Origin: Moniliella sp. 'wahieum'
Lineage: Eukaryota
Reading direction: 5' to 3'
Length of the DNA stretch: 64,000 bases
Assembly: GCA_003971905.1 (NCBI GenBank)
Contig: RSEE01000124.1
Coordinates: 62,001 to 126,000, forward strand
Below the pieces are notes generated by a model that saw nothing but the letters and a program-made list of their open reading frames with translations, searched no databases and had not been told where the DNA came from. The position numbers and the translations under genes were made by a program. Positions 11,769 through 23,258 of this stretch are shown piece after piece. How positions within the stretch are numbered: position 1 is the first letter of the stretch; every line of letters begins with the position of its first letter.

Positions 11769-13410
11769 ATGGTCCCTCGCCACCTCCTCGCCCGCTCGTC
11801 CACGGCGGCGGTCAGGCTGGTGTGGCCTCCGCCACGCGTGCTGCCGCGCCACAGCGACCGCCACGGCTGCCGTCGCAGCCGCCATGCCTACTGCGACGTA
11901 TGTCCCCGCCCTGCCAGCTGCGCTCGCTGCACACGTCCGTTGTCGTGTCCAAGAAGGACGCAACGGGCGAAAGCTTGGCAGCGCGCTTCCCCGAACGCTT
12001 TGGATCCGACTCGGTGCTGAACGGGGTGGAGCGGCTTCTGCACGTGCGCGACGTTCTCCATGCCCAGGTACGTGCTTGTTCTCTTGGCATGTGCGGCGAC
12101 TGACTGGTACATGTCTGCCCCACCCCGCCCGCAGCAAGAAGCCAACCCTCATTCTGTCTCGGTATCAGCATCTCGTGCCCTCGGACTGATAGACCCTCTC
12201 TACTACCGGTACCAGGCATACGTCGATCTGGAGCGGCAGCAGGTACAGTCGGCGGAACTCGCCGCACAATCTGCCGCCGACGCGGACGAGGAGATGCGTG
12301 CGTTGGCAGAGGAGGAGGAGGGGCGGTAATCCAACGCTTGGCCGAAGAGCGCATGTCTATTCGCAGTCATATTATTTCCCTGTACGACGCACTATACAAA
12401 GCGGGTGTCCAGCTGATCAAGGCCCGCGCTAGCTCGGCCAGTGTGCGTGCCGACGTGACTACGGGCCTCACTGGTACCCGCGAAGTGCGCGCCGGCGTCG
12501 AACCAGAGGGCGTCATTGTCGAATGCCGCCCTGGTGTGGGCGGTGGCGAGGCAGGTCTGTTTACCAACCAGGTGGCTCGTATGCTGCAAAAATTCGCTAG
12601 CAATGCTGGCTGGCTGGTAGAATCATGTCCGCTACTCCTATGGAAGTCAGCACCACCACCCAGCAGAGCTCGGAAGCGATGAAGGAAGTGTTGATGCGCA
12701 TCACCGCCCCGCGCCGGCGAGGAAGGGAGGATCAACATCTACGAGCGAATGCGGTGGGAAGGAGGCGTTCACCGTGTCCAGCGCGTTCCGATCACCCAAA
12801 GCACGGGAAAGCTCCAAACCAGTACCATGGCTACCGTCGTGCTGCCCATCATGCCCGAACCAACCGAGAAGAGCGACGAATTCTATATTGATCCCAAGGA
12901 AGTTCGTGTCGAAACCATGCGCTCTTCTGGTGCCGGCGGGCAGCACGTCAACAAAACCGAAAGTGCCATTCGCCTCACGCACGAACCCACGGGCACCGTT
13001 GTGCGCATTGAGGACAGTCGTTCCCAGCACCAAAACCGTACCAAGGCGTGGATGGTTCTCCGGGCCCGTTTGCAAGAGCGTGTTCGCCAGGCCGAAATGG
13101 CAGATAGTGTGGCAATGCGCATCGAGCAGGTCCAGACCATGGACCGCTGGGACCGCATCCGCACCTACAACTTCCCTCAGTCCCGCGTCACTGACCACCG
13201 CGCTGGCATGTCAGTCAGCAACATTGGCTCCTTCATGAACGGCGACTTTGATGGCGACTGGGATCAACCCAGAGGCGGTTTGGCCATGTTTATGAGGAGT
13301 GTCGCCGGTTAGACCATGAGCAGAAGCTGGTCCAAATCCAGACCCTGTACAAACAAGTTCTTCAGGTCGTTCACAGTACCCATCCGGACACCCCAACGAC
13401 CTCATCCTAA
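11769..13410 (+). CDS. MRF1: Mitochondrial peptide chain release factor 1; intron ~12068-12134; frameshifts
   Basis: Arg-rich presequence-like N-terminus; GVGGGEAGLF, EGGVHRVQRVPIT (PxT), SGAGGQHVNKTESAIRLTH, SRSQHQNR, IRTYNFPQSRVTDHR. Confidence 0.9.
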
Positions 13411-13724
13411 TGCAACTTCAAGGTAATATAACAAAGAAAGGATTATAGTATGTGTATAGGACGAGAAACTGCGGGAATAGAATACGATTCAATAAGGTTC
13501 TGTCCACATACCGGTCGGAAAATAAGAACGAAGAAAAGTGTTTGCGTGTCCAAGCGATCCTTCATCATGTAGACTACAGAGCATATCACGCTCGTACCGC
13601 GGGGGCATGCTCGGTTTTCGTACATCATATGAAGTGGTTGTGGAGGGCGGAGGCGTAGTTGCTAGTATTAGTTGTCGTGTAATAATAGGGGTCTGGGGCC
13701 CTCTGTTACTATAGAAACTAAGAT

Positions 13725-13898
13725 TCAAAAGTCAACCGAATCGCATGTCCAGGCTACCATGCCAGTGAATAGGTAGATCCATTGTTTCAGCGTGAGCATC
13801 GCAGCCAACTTGATGGGGTTGTTGGAGGCCCCATGACGCTCGGCAAGGCGCTGCTCGCGCGTAGGCAGCTTAAAGAGCCCGTGGGTAATGTCGTACAT
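13725..13898 (-). pseudogene. JEN1: 5' stub (57 codons) of a JEN1-type MFS carboxylate/H+ symporter
   Basis: Manual translation MYDITHGLFKLPTREQRLAERHGASNNPIKLAAMLTLKQWIYLFTGMVAWTCDSVDF* resembles the Jen1 TM1 signature NP..L..L...QW..F..G..AW..D..DF. No continuation before the MRF1 3' end. Confidence 0.75.
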
Positions 13899-13969
13899 GC
13901 CGATAGAGGGGGTGTGGGGGCGGGTCGTGGGTCGTGGGTCGTGGGCGTAAAAAGGGGGGGGGGGGGGTG

Positions 13970-13976
13970 TATATAT
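13970..13976 (-). promoter_or_regulatory. TATA box upstream of the JEN1 stub
   Basis: ATATATA followed by a C/T-rich leader ~70 bp upstream of the ATG at 13898. Confidence 0.5.
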
Positions 13977-16269
13977 GAGGGAGCGGATGGCCTGTGGGAG
14001 CTGGTTGCGGGTGGGATGCGGCTATAAGAGAGAGCGCACCACCATCCCCACACTCGGATTCGGACGGCACAATGTCCCATCAAGCCAGTGTGTGGGCTGG
14101 CCAGCCAGTATAGGACGATTATATCTCGTGCTCACGCGCTCAAGCGCTCACGCCTCGGCAGGCCTCCCTCCGTCTGCTGCCCAGCCCAACACACCGACAG
14201 CCCTGAATGGCGGGACCCTGCCCTGTCAGCACGCAGCCGTGTCCTGTCTTGCCACATACCAGGCGCGGTTGGGGTCCAACGGGCGGGATTTACTTGGTTG
14301 ACGTTTTTGAGTACTGCCTACTGCGTACACTCCTTAACTCACTACCCTTAGGCTCACAGGTGGGCGGATGAGCTCGAAGGGCGCTCTGGCCAGGCCCACT
14401 TCAAGCTTCAGGCTCAAGGCACTCGCCTCAGACCCTCAGGCGAGCCCTGTTGTGCCTCGCCAGTATCCTCCGGATTCTCCGTTCGCCCAGCCTGCAACCG
14501 CAGATCGCCACTGCTCCCCTGGACCTGTGCCTGATGCCCCGCACGGCTCCGCGCCAGTGCCTGCTTTTGTCCAGGCCTGCCCCCCATCGCATTGCAAGTA
14601 CGAGGTACTACGTAGCACGTAGGCTTTCGGGTAGTACATGGTATGCAAAAGGGTATACATGGTATGACATGATGACACTCTTAGATGGCAGGGATCTTAG
14701 TAGTTACTATCTACTAGTTACTATTGGCTACTAACTTGATCGATGATCCTAGGGGTTTTTTTTGTTCCGCCCCGCATGTTTCGCCCACAAGGCACGTACA
14801 CACGCGCCGTGCCTGGCGTCGAATATATTATCGCGGTGGCGAGGACGGGGCTGCTGCGGGTCGCGAACAGGACGACCGGGGAATAGAGTATCTGTACTGA
14901 GTACTGAGTATAACTGTATGAGTACGAGTCTCAGTACGGAGGTACGGAGGCATACTGAGGTACTGAGGCCCTATAGGAGCTTGGGGCTTGGGGCTTGGGC
15001 CTGAGCCTGAGGACAGATACGAGATGAGATCGATGATCAATTGACGACAAACTGAGGGAGATTGGCACGTGCACATATGTATGTATCCGACCGCCCAACC
15101 GCCTCTGTCTCCCTATCGGGGTCCGGCGACACGGTCATCATGCATCATCTGCATCATCGATCATCCACATCGAGCATCTTCCCCCATACACTCCTAGAGG
15201 TGCACCGTGCCTGTATGGTGGCCCTCTACCGACGCCAGTGAGTATACTGAGTGGGCGAATGGATAAGCGCATGGTGGATGATCGATGAGATCTGAGATCG
15301 GAGATCCGAGATCGAGGACCGCTCCTCAGCTCGGGGCCCCACCTGCGTACCTCCTGTGTCTTCCTGCGGCACAGTGCTTGGCCTGGGAAAAAGGCAGGAT
15401 CGAGGATACTACAGTGGGATCTAAGATGGCCCGCGGCGCTGCTCAATGGGAGAGCTAATCCAGGGAGCTATTTTGCTCACCGCACTCAGTGAGTACTTGC
15501 TTCATTTCCCCACCAACCCAGGGTGCGGTTCTTGGCACTCAGTTAAGTACCTAACCGTCACGCGTCAGGTACCTTTTATATATCAATCCCCCCCCTCTCT
15601 CTCTGAGATTTAACCTCCTTTCTCTCAAACCCCCCGTTAATCAATCTTAGTCATCCTAGATCTCTCCGGACCCACCCGCAGGTACCAGCACCTACGGGTA
15701 TCATTCGAAGCCACACGTCCATCCTCTGCATCATCAATCCCAACATTCAAGCTTCAAGCTTCAGAGCTTCAGGCTTCAAGCTGCACGCCTGAGGATTCGT
15801 AAAAAGGGTGCAAAAGCCGGAGGGATATAGGAAACAGGAACGAAGGGGAGGGAGGAGGGGCAGCAAGGGTCTTCAAGCTTCAGCCTCTATTTGTTGAGAA
15901 TGGAACGGGTGTGCTCTCAAAAGCCTCAAGGTTCAAGCTTCAAGCCTGCTGCACCCACATCATCGACATCTTCTGATGAATTTGATGGATCCCCTGAACA
16001 ACCTGTGGTCCAACCCACGGTTCAGGCAGTTGAGGCTGGCAACTTTCGTATGGTTTAGTTTATAGTAGGGGTGAACTTGGTACAGTACACTGTCCATACC
16101 CGAGTTATACGAGAAACAGCCTGCAGGGTGTATAAGCATAGCAGACAAAAAACAAACACAAGGAGGCACAAGTGAGGCGGTGGAACGTGGATCCTACTAT
16201 CGTCTTACATACAAGATCCGACAAAACCTTAGATCTTACTACCGTAGGAAAAGAAAGGCAGATACGTAC

Positions 16270-17149
16270 GTGGATCAGTGGCCCAGCAGGGCAATCCCGA
16301 CCCTGAGGTCTCAGCCTGACGCCTGTAGCCATCCCGATCAGGTCCAGGGCAGTCCACACAACGTAGGTGTTCTGTATAGCCAACAGCCTGTTGGGATACA
16401 TGAGAGCCAAAGCGGTAGGTAGCAAAGAGGAAAAGAAGATCGAGGTACCTGCAGTCCAGCAAAGTCGGTTCCGATTAACTCTTCTCGCGGCGTCTCGTCT
16501 TCGTAAACGACGGAGGGGAGAGAGTAGCCGAATCCGATACGCGCCCAGTGGCGAAACAGGGTGTGCGTCCCCGTTCAACGTTCAACGAAGGGGAAGACAC
16601 AAAGCGGTGATGGTCGTAGCGTCCCAACAGAAATAAAACCCGGGCTAGGTCGCGGGTTGGGCTCCAGCGCCCAATGGCACCGGAATCGTCCCGACGGGTA
16701 GGCTGTGTTTTTATGGTCGATTGCGGCGACATTCTACCTGTATATAACAGACACGAGGGGCAAACTTGGCGGCGAATTGGGTGACCAGCCATTAGTAGTG
16801 GGAGAGCAACTTTTGTTGGCGAGAAGCAAAACCGGTACACGGCACGATGAGCAGGTGTATAGGCGATGCGAAAGATCGAGCGCAGGGTCGTATCCGTCTT
16901 AGCGGGAGGTACCAAAGACACGGAAGAGCACGAGGACGTACTTGGCAGTGGCGACGCTGGCAACACCGAGGAAGAACTGGAGGGCGTTACCGGACCTGGA
17001 GGATGTACATGTATATAGCTGATGGTGAAGACAAAAAGCCGTCTTGGGATTGAGACCGCGGACCGACTGGGCTTCGCGGATGCGCTGACGGACGAGGTAG
17101 GGGTGATGTCGACGTGGATCAGGTTGCCGAGGAAGCGGGAGAAGTTCAT
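16270..17149 (-). pseudogene. Divergent ER lumen protein-retaining (KDEL/HDEL) receptor ERD2-like sequence, frameshifted
   Basis: Colinear pieces across frames: MNFSRFLGNLIH, QRIREAQSVRGLNPKT, YDPALD.FRIAY, LLIVPC, LFATYR..LMYPNRL, DLIGMATGV, compared with ERD2 MNIFR..GDLSH, KI..S.S..GIS.K, YD...DTF..EYL, LGAYRALY..NW, DLIAIVAG. Confidence 0.55.
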
Positions 17150-17476
17150 GGGCAATGGGATCCGGGGTGGGGGGGTCGCACCAGTAGATACACCCAAACT
17201 GCGGGGTGTCCGTCGCGGGAGCCGTGTGCTGTGTAAAGTCACAGGGGAGCAACAGCGTGGGGCTAGGGTTAACCCTAGTGCGCCTCCGCGTTTCTGCTAC
17301 CCGCTTGTATCCCACTGTTTTCTGTCTCGCCGTTGTTCAGCTGAACGCTGCGTTGCTGAGCGCCGTCCCCCCATCGCACCCCCGACTGCTTCCTCAACCT
17401 ATATAGACCATCCGCTACGCTCGCCGCCGACCCATCGCAAATGTGATCGATCGGACCCTCGCACTACCACGCCAGA

Positions 17477-19150
17477 CTAGTCGTCGTCCCAGTTGGGGTT
17501 CTGCTTCGGCGCCTTGATGCCCGCCGGCTTGGCCATGATGATCGAGTCTACGTTGAGCACCGAGATGGCGGCACCAAGTAGCGTACTTGATCGCCCACAG
17601 CTTGGCCGACAGCGCATCCAGCACGCCTGCCTTGGTTGCCGACGTTACGCCCGTGTCATCGTTGTTGTCAATGTCCACCCACCTCGGCCTTGCCGTCCTG
17701 GTGCGCGGCATACAAGCGCGCAATCACCTCGGTCGCGTCCAGCCCGGCGTTCTCCGACAACGTCCGTGGCACCACCTCCAACGCCGCGCCAAAGCGCTTA
17801 ATTGCATGCTGCGCAAGCCCGGGCGTGCGTTCCCCCAGCTTGGTCACCACCTGTGCCAACTCAATCTCCGTCGCACCTGCCCCAGGCACCAGGCGGGCGT
17901 CCTTGGTAAGCGACTTGACCACATTCACACCATCGTCAATCGCCCGCTCCACATCGTCCAGCACATTCGACGTGGCACCACGCAAAACGATCGTAGCCAT
18001 TTTCGGTTTGGCCTTGCCCCCAGCCCTTGTGGGTCTTGGCGGAAGACAGTGACTCGGTCCCCACCAATCTCAACCACCTCGATGGCGTCGATCCAGCCAG
18101 CCTCCTCGGGCAGGGGCGCACCAAGCCGCGCAAGCGGCGTCGCACCCACCAAACGCGCCAGACGCGCCACCTCGAACTTGGACAGGACCTTGATACAGAG
18201 AATGTTGTATCGGTTGAGGTAGTGGAGCGCCAACTCGCCCACAGAAGATTGAGACACCACCACCTTCACCCCTGCATCGGCAATTTCCTTGATGGCCTTC
18301 TCCAGCTGTGCCTCTTCGCCCGCCGAAAAGGCTTGGAGCTCTTTTGCGTTGTGCAGCAGGACCGTCCCTTTGGTCTCTGTCTGGCTAATATCGATCCCCT
18401 GGGTAAAGATAGCCACCTTACCTCCCTTGGGAAGGGCGCGTACTGAGCCTTCGGGTGTTTACCAAATACCATGCCGCGTAAGACTTGCGACTGCGCCAGC
18501 GATGCACCCAGAATCTTAACCACCCGCACATTGTCCACATTAAACCCAGCGAGCGATGGCTTGGTCTTGTTCCCGTCCGGTAGGACAAGAGAGATAGCCT
18601 GAGCAACGAGCGGAGCAAGGAGCGTCTCGTTGCCATACTGTTTGCTTGCTAGAACGGGCTGGATGGCCGTGGTGAGGGACTCAAACCGTCGGTGGGGACG
18701 CCAACTGCGCCACCGAAAGTTCTTCCAACGCTGCCAGCGCAGCGTCCCGCGCCGTCTCGTACCGGCAATAATCTCGCTCGGGTGGAGACCAAGCGTGACG
18801 AGCGCTTCGGCCTTCTTGAGCAGTTCACCAGCCAAGATCAAAACCGTGTTCGTTGCATCGCCCATCTCGGCCTCTTGTTGTTGCGAGGCCATGACAAGGA
18901 GTTTCGCAGCGGGATGAACGACTTCGAGTTCGCGAACGATGGTGGCAGCGTCCGAGGTGACAAAGAGGCGCTCCAGATGGTTGATGACCATCTTGTTGCG
19001 GCCATTGGGGCCAAAGGAAGTACGCACAATCTCACACAGCTCTGTGACGGCAGTGATGTTGCGCAGCACGGCATCTTCAATGCCCGAGTACTGTTTGTAC
19101 CCCTCTTTGAACAGCTGCGGACCGCCCGCACGGGGAACTTTGGGAATGGC
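17477..19150 (-). CDS. CCT8: T-complex protein 1 subunit theta (CCT8); start codon garbled, frameshifts
   Basis: KVPRAGGPQLFKEGY, RTSFGPNGRNKMVINHL, VTSDAATIVRELEVVHPAAK, EMGDATN, FNVDNVRVVKILG, TETKGTVL, LDDVERAIDDG, PGAGATEIELA, C-terminal QNPNWDDD*. Confidence 0.95.
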
Positions 19151-19548
19151 GGCGGAAGGAGAGAAGGTGGTGGGAGGCCAAGCAGGAGGAGAGCGCCACG
19201 CAGCACGTTGCCCGCCGCGTCTCTCCGCTCTTCCTGGCCGCGCCGAAGCACACAGAACCCGCGCCACCGGAATTGGGTCTCTGGTTCCGCCCCAGCCGGT
19301 TCGCCCCCCTTGCAACGTTCAAGAATGGGTGTTATGCATGTTATCGATTATCATGTTCAGCGTTCGTTCAAATTTCAGGCTTTCAGACGATGGTGCGATT
19401 GCAACTTTCAAACTCAGGTCTCTGCCTCCGTCCAGCCGACCATCTATCCTTCCATCTCCCCCCCCAGTCTTTGTACGATCGATCCTTGTGCAGACATGCA
19501 GAATTCGCATCCCATCCGCTCGGCCGGCGCTCCTCCGCCCCATTCATC

Positions 19549-20130
19549 TCACCAGCGCTTGTAAGGAAGGAACTTGCCCGACAGCGTGATCTTGACCCGA
19601 TCCCCGCAGGGTTCTCCTCCTTCTCCACCGACCCTTCAAAGTCAATCGCACTCATGATGCCATCGCCAAACTTTTCGTGGATAATGTTCTTGATCGGGTA
19701 CCCATACACATGACGATTTCCTGTAGCCGGACAATCACCGGATCTACATCCCCCCCCCACCCATCGTGCACCATGCGTCAGCCAATTAGCAAAAGCCCAC
19801 TGCACGAGACCAACCAGCACAAATGATAGGCTTCAACGTACCTTTCGGAGGGTTTTCGCCGAGTCCGCGATCGGGGTAATATTCCGATCCAAGCGACGCT
19901 TCCAAGTACTCATACCGCACGTCCAGCACTTGGCTCAGTTTTTCCAAATCTTCCTTGGTCGGCTTGGCTTGGCCATAAAAGATGGCAGCCGTGTACAGCT
20001 CGTTGCGGCCGAGCTGCTTGGCAATCGCCTCAAACGACAGCTTCTTACGCTTCTTGGCATCCGACAAGGTGGTGAAGATCGACGGAAGCTCGGTCAGCAC
20101 CTTGGGGCGGCTGGGAGTCGCGTTGCTCAT
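19549..20130 (-). CDS. CYN1: Cyanate hydratase (cyanase); intron 19744-19841
   Basis: [77 protein letters not shown]. Confidence 0.93.
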
Positions 20131-20646
20131 GGCTCTTGTTGTGTCGCAACCGGCGTGGGAAGTGATAGGGATTCCAGAGGGGTACACCACGGTAGTGGAG
20201 GTGGGAGGTAAGGGTGTTGGTGGACCAAAGAGATGTCGCTTGGACCAACGTGTGGAGGAAGAAGAAGAAGAGAGGCAGGCGGTCGAGCGAAGATCAAGAG
20301 GAGAGGGGATGATCGATGGGGGAGATCGGGGACCGTACCCCAACCTGGCTCACTTGTAAGTGGCTGACCCGGCCCGCTGAGCGGCTGAGCGAGCGGCTCA
20401 GGCTGCGCTCAGCGGTCCCGGGGGGACCGTGCACACTGTTTAAGCCCGCGTTAACCCCAGCCGGGCGCTTGGCCAGGCAAGCCTCTCAGTACTCTCAGTT
20501 CTCAGTCTCAGTTCTCAGATCTCACGATCTCAGTGCGCTCCGTTGCAGCGCACCGAGGTCGTACTCGCCTTTGTCTTGGCGGCGGGCACAAATTCAACTT
20601 TCAAGGGAGACCCGCTGAGGTAACCAAGTGCGTGTGTCAGTCCTAG

Positions 20647-20683
20647 TCAAGCTTCAAGCTTCAAGCTTCAAGCTTCAAGCTTC
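20647..20683. repeat. Tandem heptamer (TCAAGCT)5
   Basis: tcaagct x5 + tc read directly. Confidence 0.95.
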
Positions 20684-20827
20684 CCTTCGGCTGCTCAGCC
20701 GCTCAGCGAGTAACTGGTCCCCCTCGAGCGGATAGGGTTCGCGGGGTTCGCTGGGTTACATAAGCACAGGCTCGGTTTACCGAAATTTCTCCGGCGGCGA
20801 CTCGCAGAAAGCACGGAGAAGACGAGC

Positions 20828-21880
20828 GTGTCTCCACCGCCTCGCCCACCGTCGCCTGAACAACTGGTCCGGCTACACTCTCTGCGTCATTGGCGCCGGC
20901 ACGATGGCGTTGCCATCCTCTCGGGCGTGCTGGAAGCCAAGCGGGAGGTGCAAAAGTCGAGCCCGGTCCAGCAGGGCGACGTGTCGTTGGCCTCGAGCTT
21001 GACGGAGGAGGAGTTGCACCAGCTGCCGTCGTCCTTTCTTGCGTGCGTTAACCGTGCCGAGTCGGGCGGGCACTGCGCAAGCTCTTGGACCGCGAGGGGT
21101 ACTTTGAAGTGGAGGTCGTGGTGAAAGGCAATGTCCAGGCAGCTGAGCGTGCCGACGTCGTCCTCTTGGCTGTCAAACCTCACTTTCTCGCCGAGGTGAT
21201 GCAAGACCTGGGATGAAGGAAGCGCTGGACGGAAAATTGGTCATTCCATTGCTGCGGGGTCCGGATTGATCAGATGAAGCAATGGGTTACACCAGCTACC
21301 AAGGTGGTTCGTGCCATGCCCAACACCCCCTCCAAAATCCGCGAAGGCATGACCGTCCTCACCCCCTTGCCCCCGAACCCGGATGGTACACCCAACAAAT
21401 TCGATCGCGCCATCCTCTTGTCCATCTTTACTGCAATTGGACGGGCTCGGTTCCTCGAGGAGAAGCATTTTGATGCCTCTACCGCCTTGGCTGGCTCGGG
21501 CCCTGCATTTGCCTGTGTCTTCCTCGAGGCCATGGCAGATGGCGGGGTTATGATGGGTCTTCCTCGTGCAGAGGCATTGGAACTGGCCGCCCAATCGATG
21601 CAGGGCGCTGCGAGGATGGTGTTGCAATCGGGAATGCATCCAGCTGCTCTCAAGGATAGTGTGACCAGTACGTTTCTCCCCATGTCTTTGTTTTTGTTTT
21701 GTTTTTTTTGTCTACTTTTGTGGTGGACCCATCTAACTTCTGTAACTTTGCTTAGCGCCTGGCGGATGCACCATTGCGGGCCTACTTAACCTCGAGGATG
21801 GGCGCGTGCGGTCCACAGTCGCTCGTACCATCCAGGCTGCGACGGAACATGCTGCTGGTCTGGGTCAGAGCAAGAAGTAA
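20828..21880 (+). CDS. PRO3: Pyrroline-5-carboxylate reductase; intron 21668-21755; start approximate
   Basis: CVIGAGTM(G), ADVVLLAVKP, VVRAMPNTP, TALAGSGPAF, AMADGGVMMGLPR, HPAALKDSVT|TPGGCTIAGL. Confidence 0.93.
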
Positions 21881-21892
21881 TGGAACAGCAGG

Positions 21893-22560
21893 TCAATCTG
21901 TACTAGAGGCAACAGTCGATTTCGTCTTGAATATGATTGATGCATCACGCAACAAATGGATGGGGGGAACGACACGCAAGAGTACAGCGAACAGAAACGA
22001 GGGAGGTTGAGCGATCAGGACGGTGCACATTCTATATCGTTGTGCCTTCCAGGCTGTTGGGTTACGCGTTCCCAGGTACCGCCAGCGTCGCAGCGCCGAC
22101 GACAGGTGCCTCAACCATGTCGACAGGTCGATTCCTTCCTCCTGGTCAGAAATGACGACCGCGTCGACTTGCGCAGGGGGGCGGAGAGACGTTGCTGCTT
22201 CCAACATCACATCAGACATCAAATCCTCAATGTTCATCACCTTGATCTTCTTGAACACCTCCAGGTGGACGCAGGTTGCGGCAAGCACGGACATTCCGAT
22301 AGGCTGGATAGTATCCGCTGGCGCACCGGAGTGCAGGGTGGAACGGATAGTTGTACAGGAGAGATCAGGGGCGTAGCGGTAGAATACCAACCGAGGTTCC
22401 GGAACCGTCAACTTGGGCTGCAGCTCGTTGGCCGTCAACATGCCGATGGGGAACACCAATCTCAACGACTTCCCCTGAAGGGCGAGAATGATGATGTTCG
22501 TTTGGATTAGGCAGCGCTCGCACCGCTTCCTTGTCCGGAACCCTTTTTCATCGCCAATGA
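21893..22560 (-). CDS. Hypothetical protein
   Basis: Uninterrupted >200-codon ORF with protein-like composition, convergent on PRO3. No recognised motif. Confidence 0.35.
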
Positions 22561-22687
22561 TCAACGTACTTCCCGCACGCGCTCTAGAAGGGCGCCGGAC
22601 ATGTGGACCCGCGCACGTCGGTGTGGGTGCTGAGCACAAAGATGGGAACGTACTTGCCTTGCAGCGGAATGAGGGACGTGGGCGGTA

Positions 22688-22850
22688 GGCAAGACGCCGC
22701 CTTGACACAATATAGGTTACCTACTACCGCGTTGGCACGGTGCTACAACATCGAAAAAGCTCGGCGGGTGTTCGACTAAGAACGGTTGTCTCTTTCGAAG
22801 AGGAGGCCTACCGTTCGGTACAGTGGTGGATCAAGACCCATCCGAGATGA
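22688..22850 (+). pseudogene. 3' remnant of ERG26/NSDHL-like C-3 sterol dehydrogenase (extended SDR)
   Basis: Manual translation with indels: GKTP.LTQYR(V)TY TALARCYNIEKARRVFD*E.VVSFEEEAYRSVQWWIKTHPR*, resembling the Erg26 tail LT..RV.....R..NIEKA...LGY.P.V.LEEG..R...W. Confidence 0.65.
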
Positions 22851-23258
22851 TCAAGGCGTAACGATTCGTCATGAAAATGAGATTCAATAGATGTTGATCG
22901 TGGGCGTGTTGGATAGACACCCGTGATGAGACACGAGGAGAGGTGAACAGTGAGATATAGTGGGGGGTTGTGGTGCCGACCGATTCACCGACATGTAGGC
23001 GACCGGCAATGCGTCGGTGCCTGGTAGAGAGTCGACCCCACCTGTTGGAGGAGGGTTAGGTTACGACTACGAGGGCAGCTGATCCACGCATGAACGAAAG
23101 GAGTCATACTGGCCTGAGGCCTAGTTGGCCGTTCGTCATGCCAGTCTGCATGTACCTCCACTTAGTGATGGCTGACGTCGTTGGCTCCTACAATGCAAAC
23201 ATTGTACACAGGAAACCCAAATGGACGTCTCAGTAGCACGCACAAAGAGGGGAAAGGA

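Noticed and set aside
13480..13740. U3/C-D box snoRNA-like words on the minus strand (TTTCTATAG, GAGCGTGA, ATGATGA)
   Set aside because: Box A lacks GGATCA, there is no properly placed CTGA D box, and the region abuts the JEN1 stub
15960..17400. Telomerase-RNA-like lncRNA (hairpins, CTAGGGTTAACCCTAG at ~17263)
   Set aside because: The template-like word is short and locked in a perfect palindrome, and the minus strand is better explained as ERD2-like coding sequence
19549..20130. Cyanase as a bacterial transfer or part of a cyanase-carbonic anhydrase cluster
   Set aside because: It has a spliceosomal intron and fungal-type sequence, and no carbonic anhydrase is adjacent
20647..20683. CRISPR-like repeat array
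   Set aside because: Simple 7-bp tandem repeat with no spacers, in a eukaryotic context
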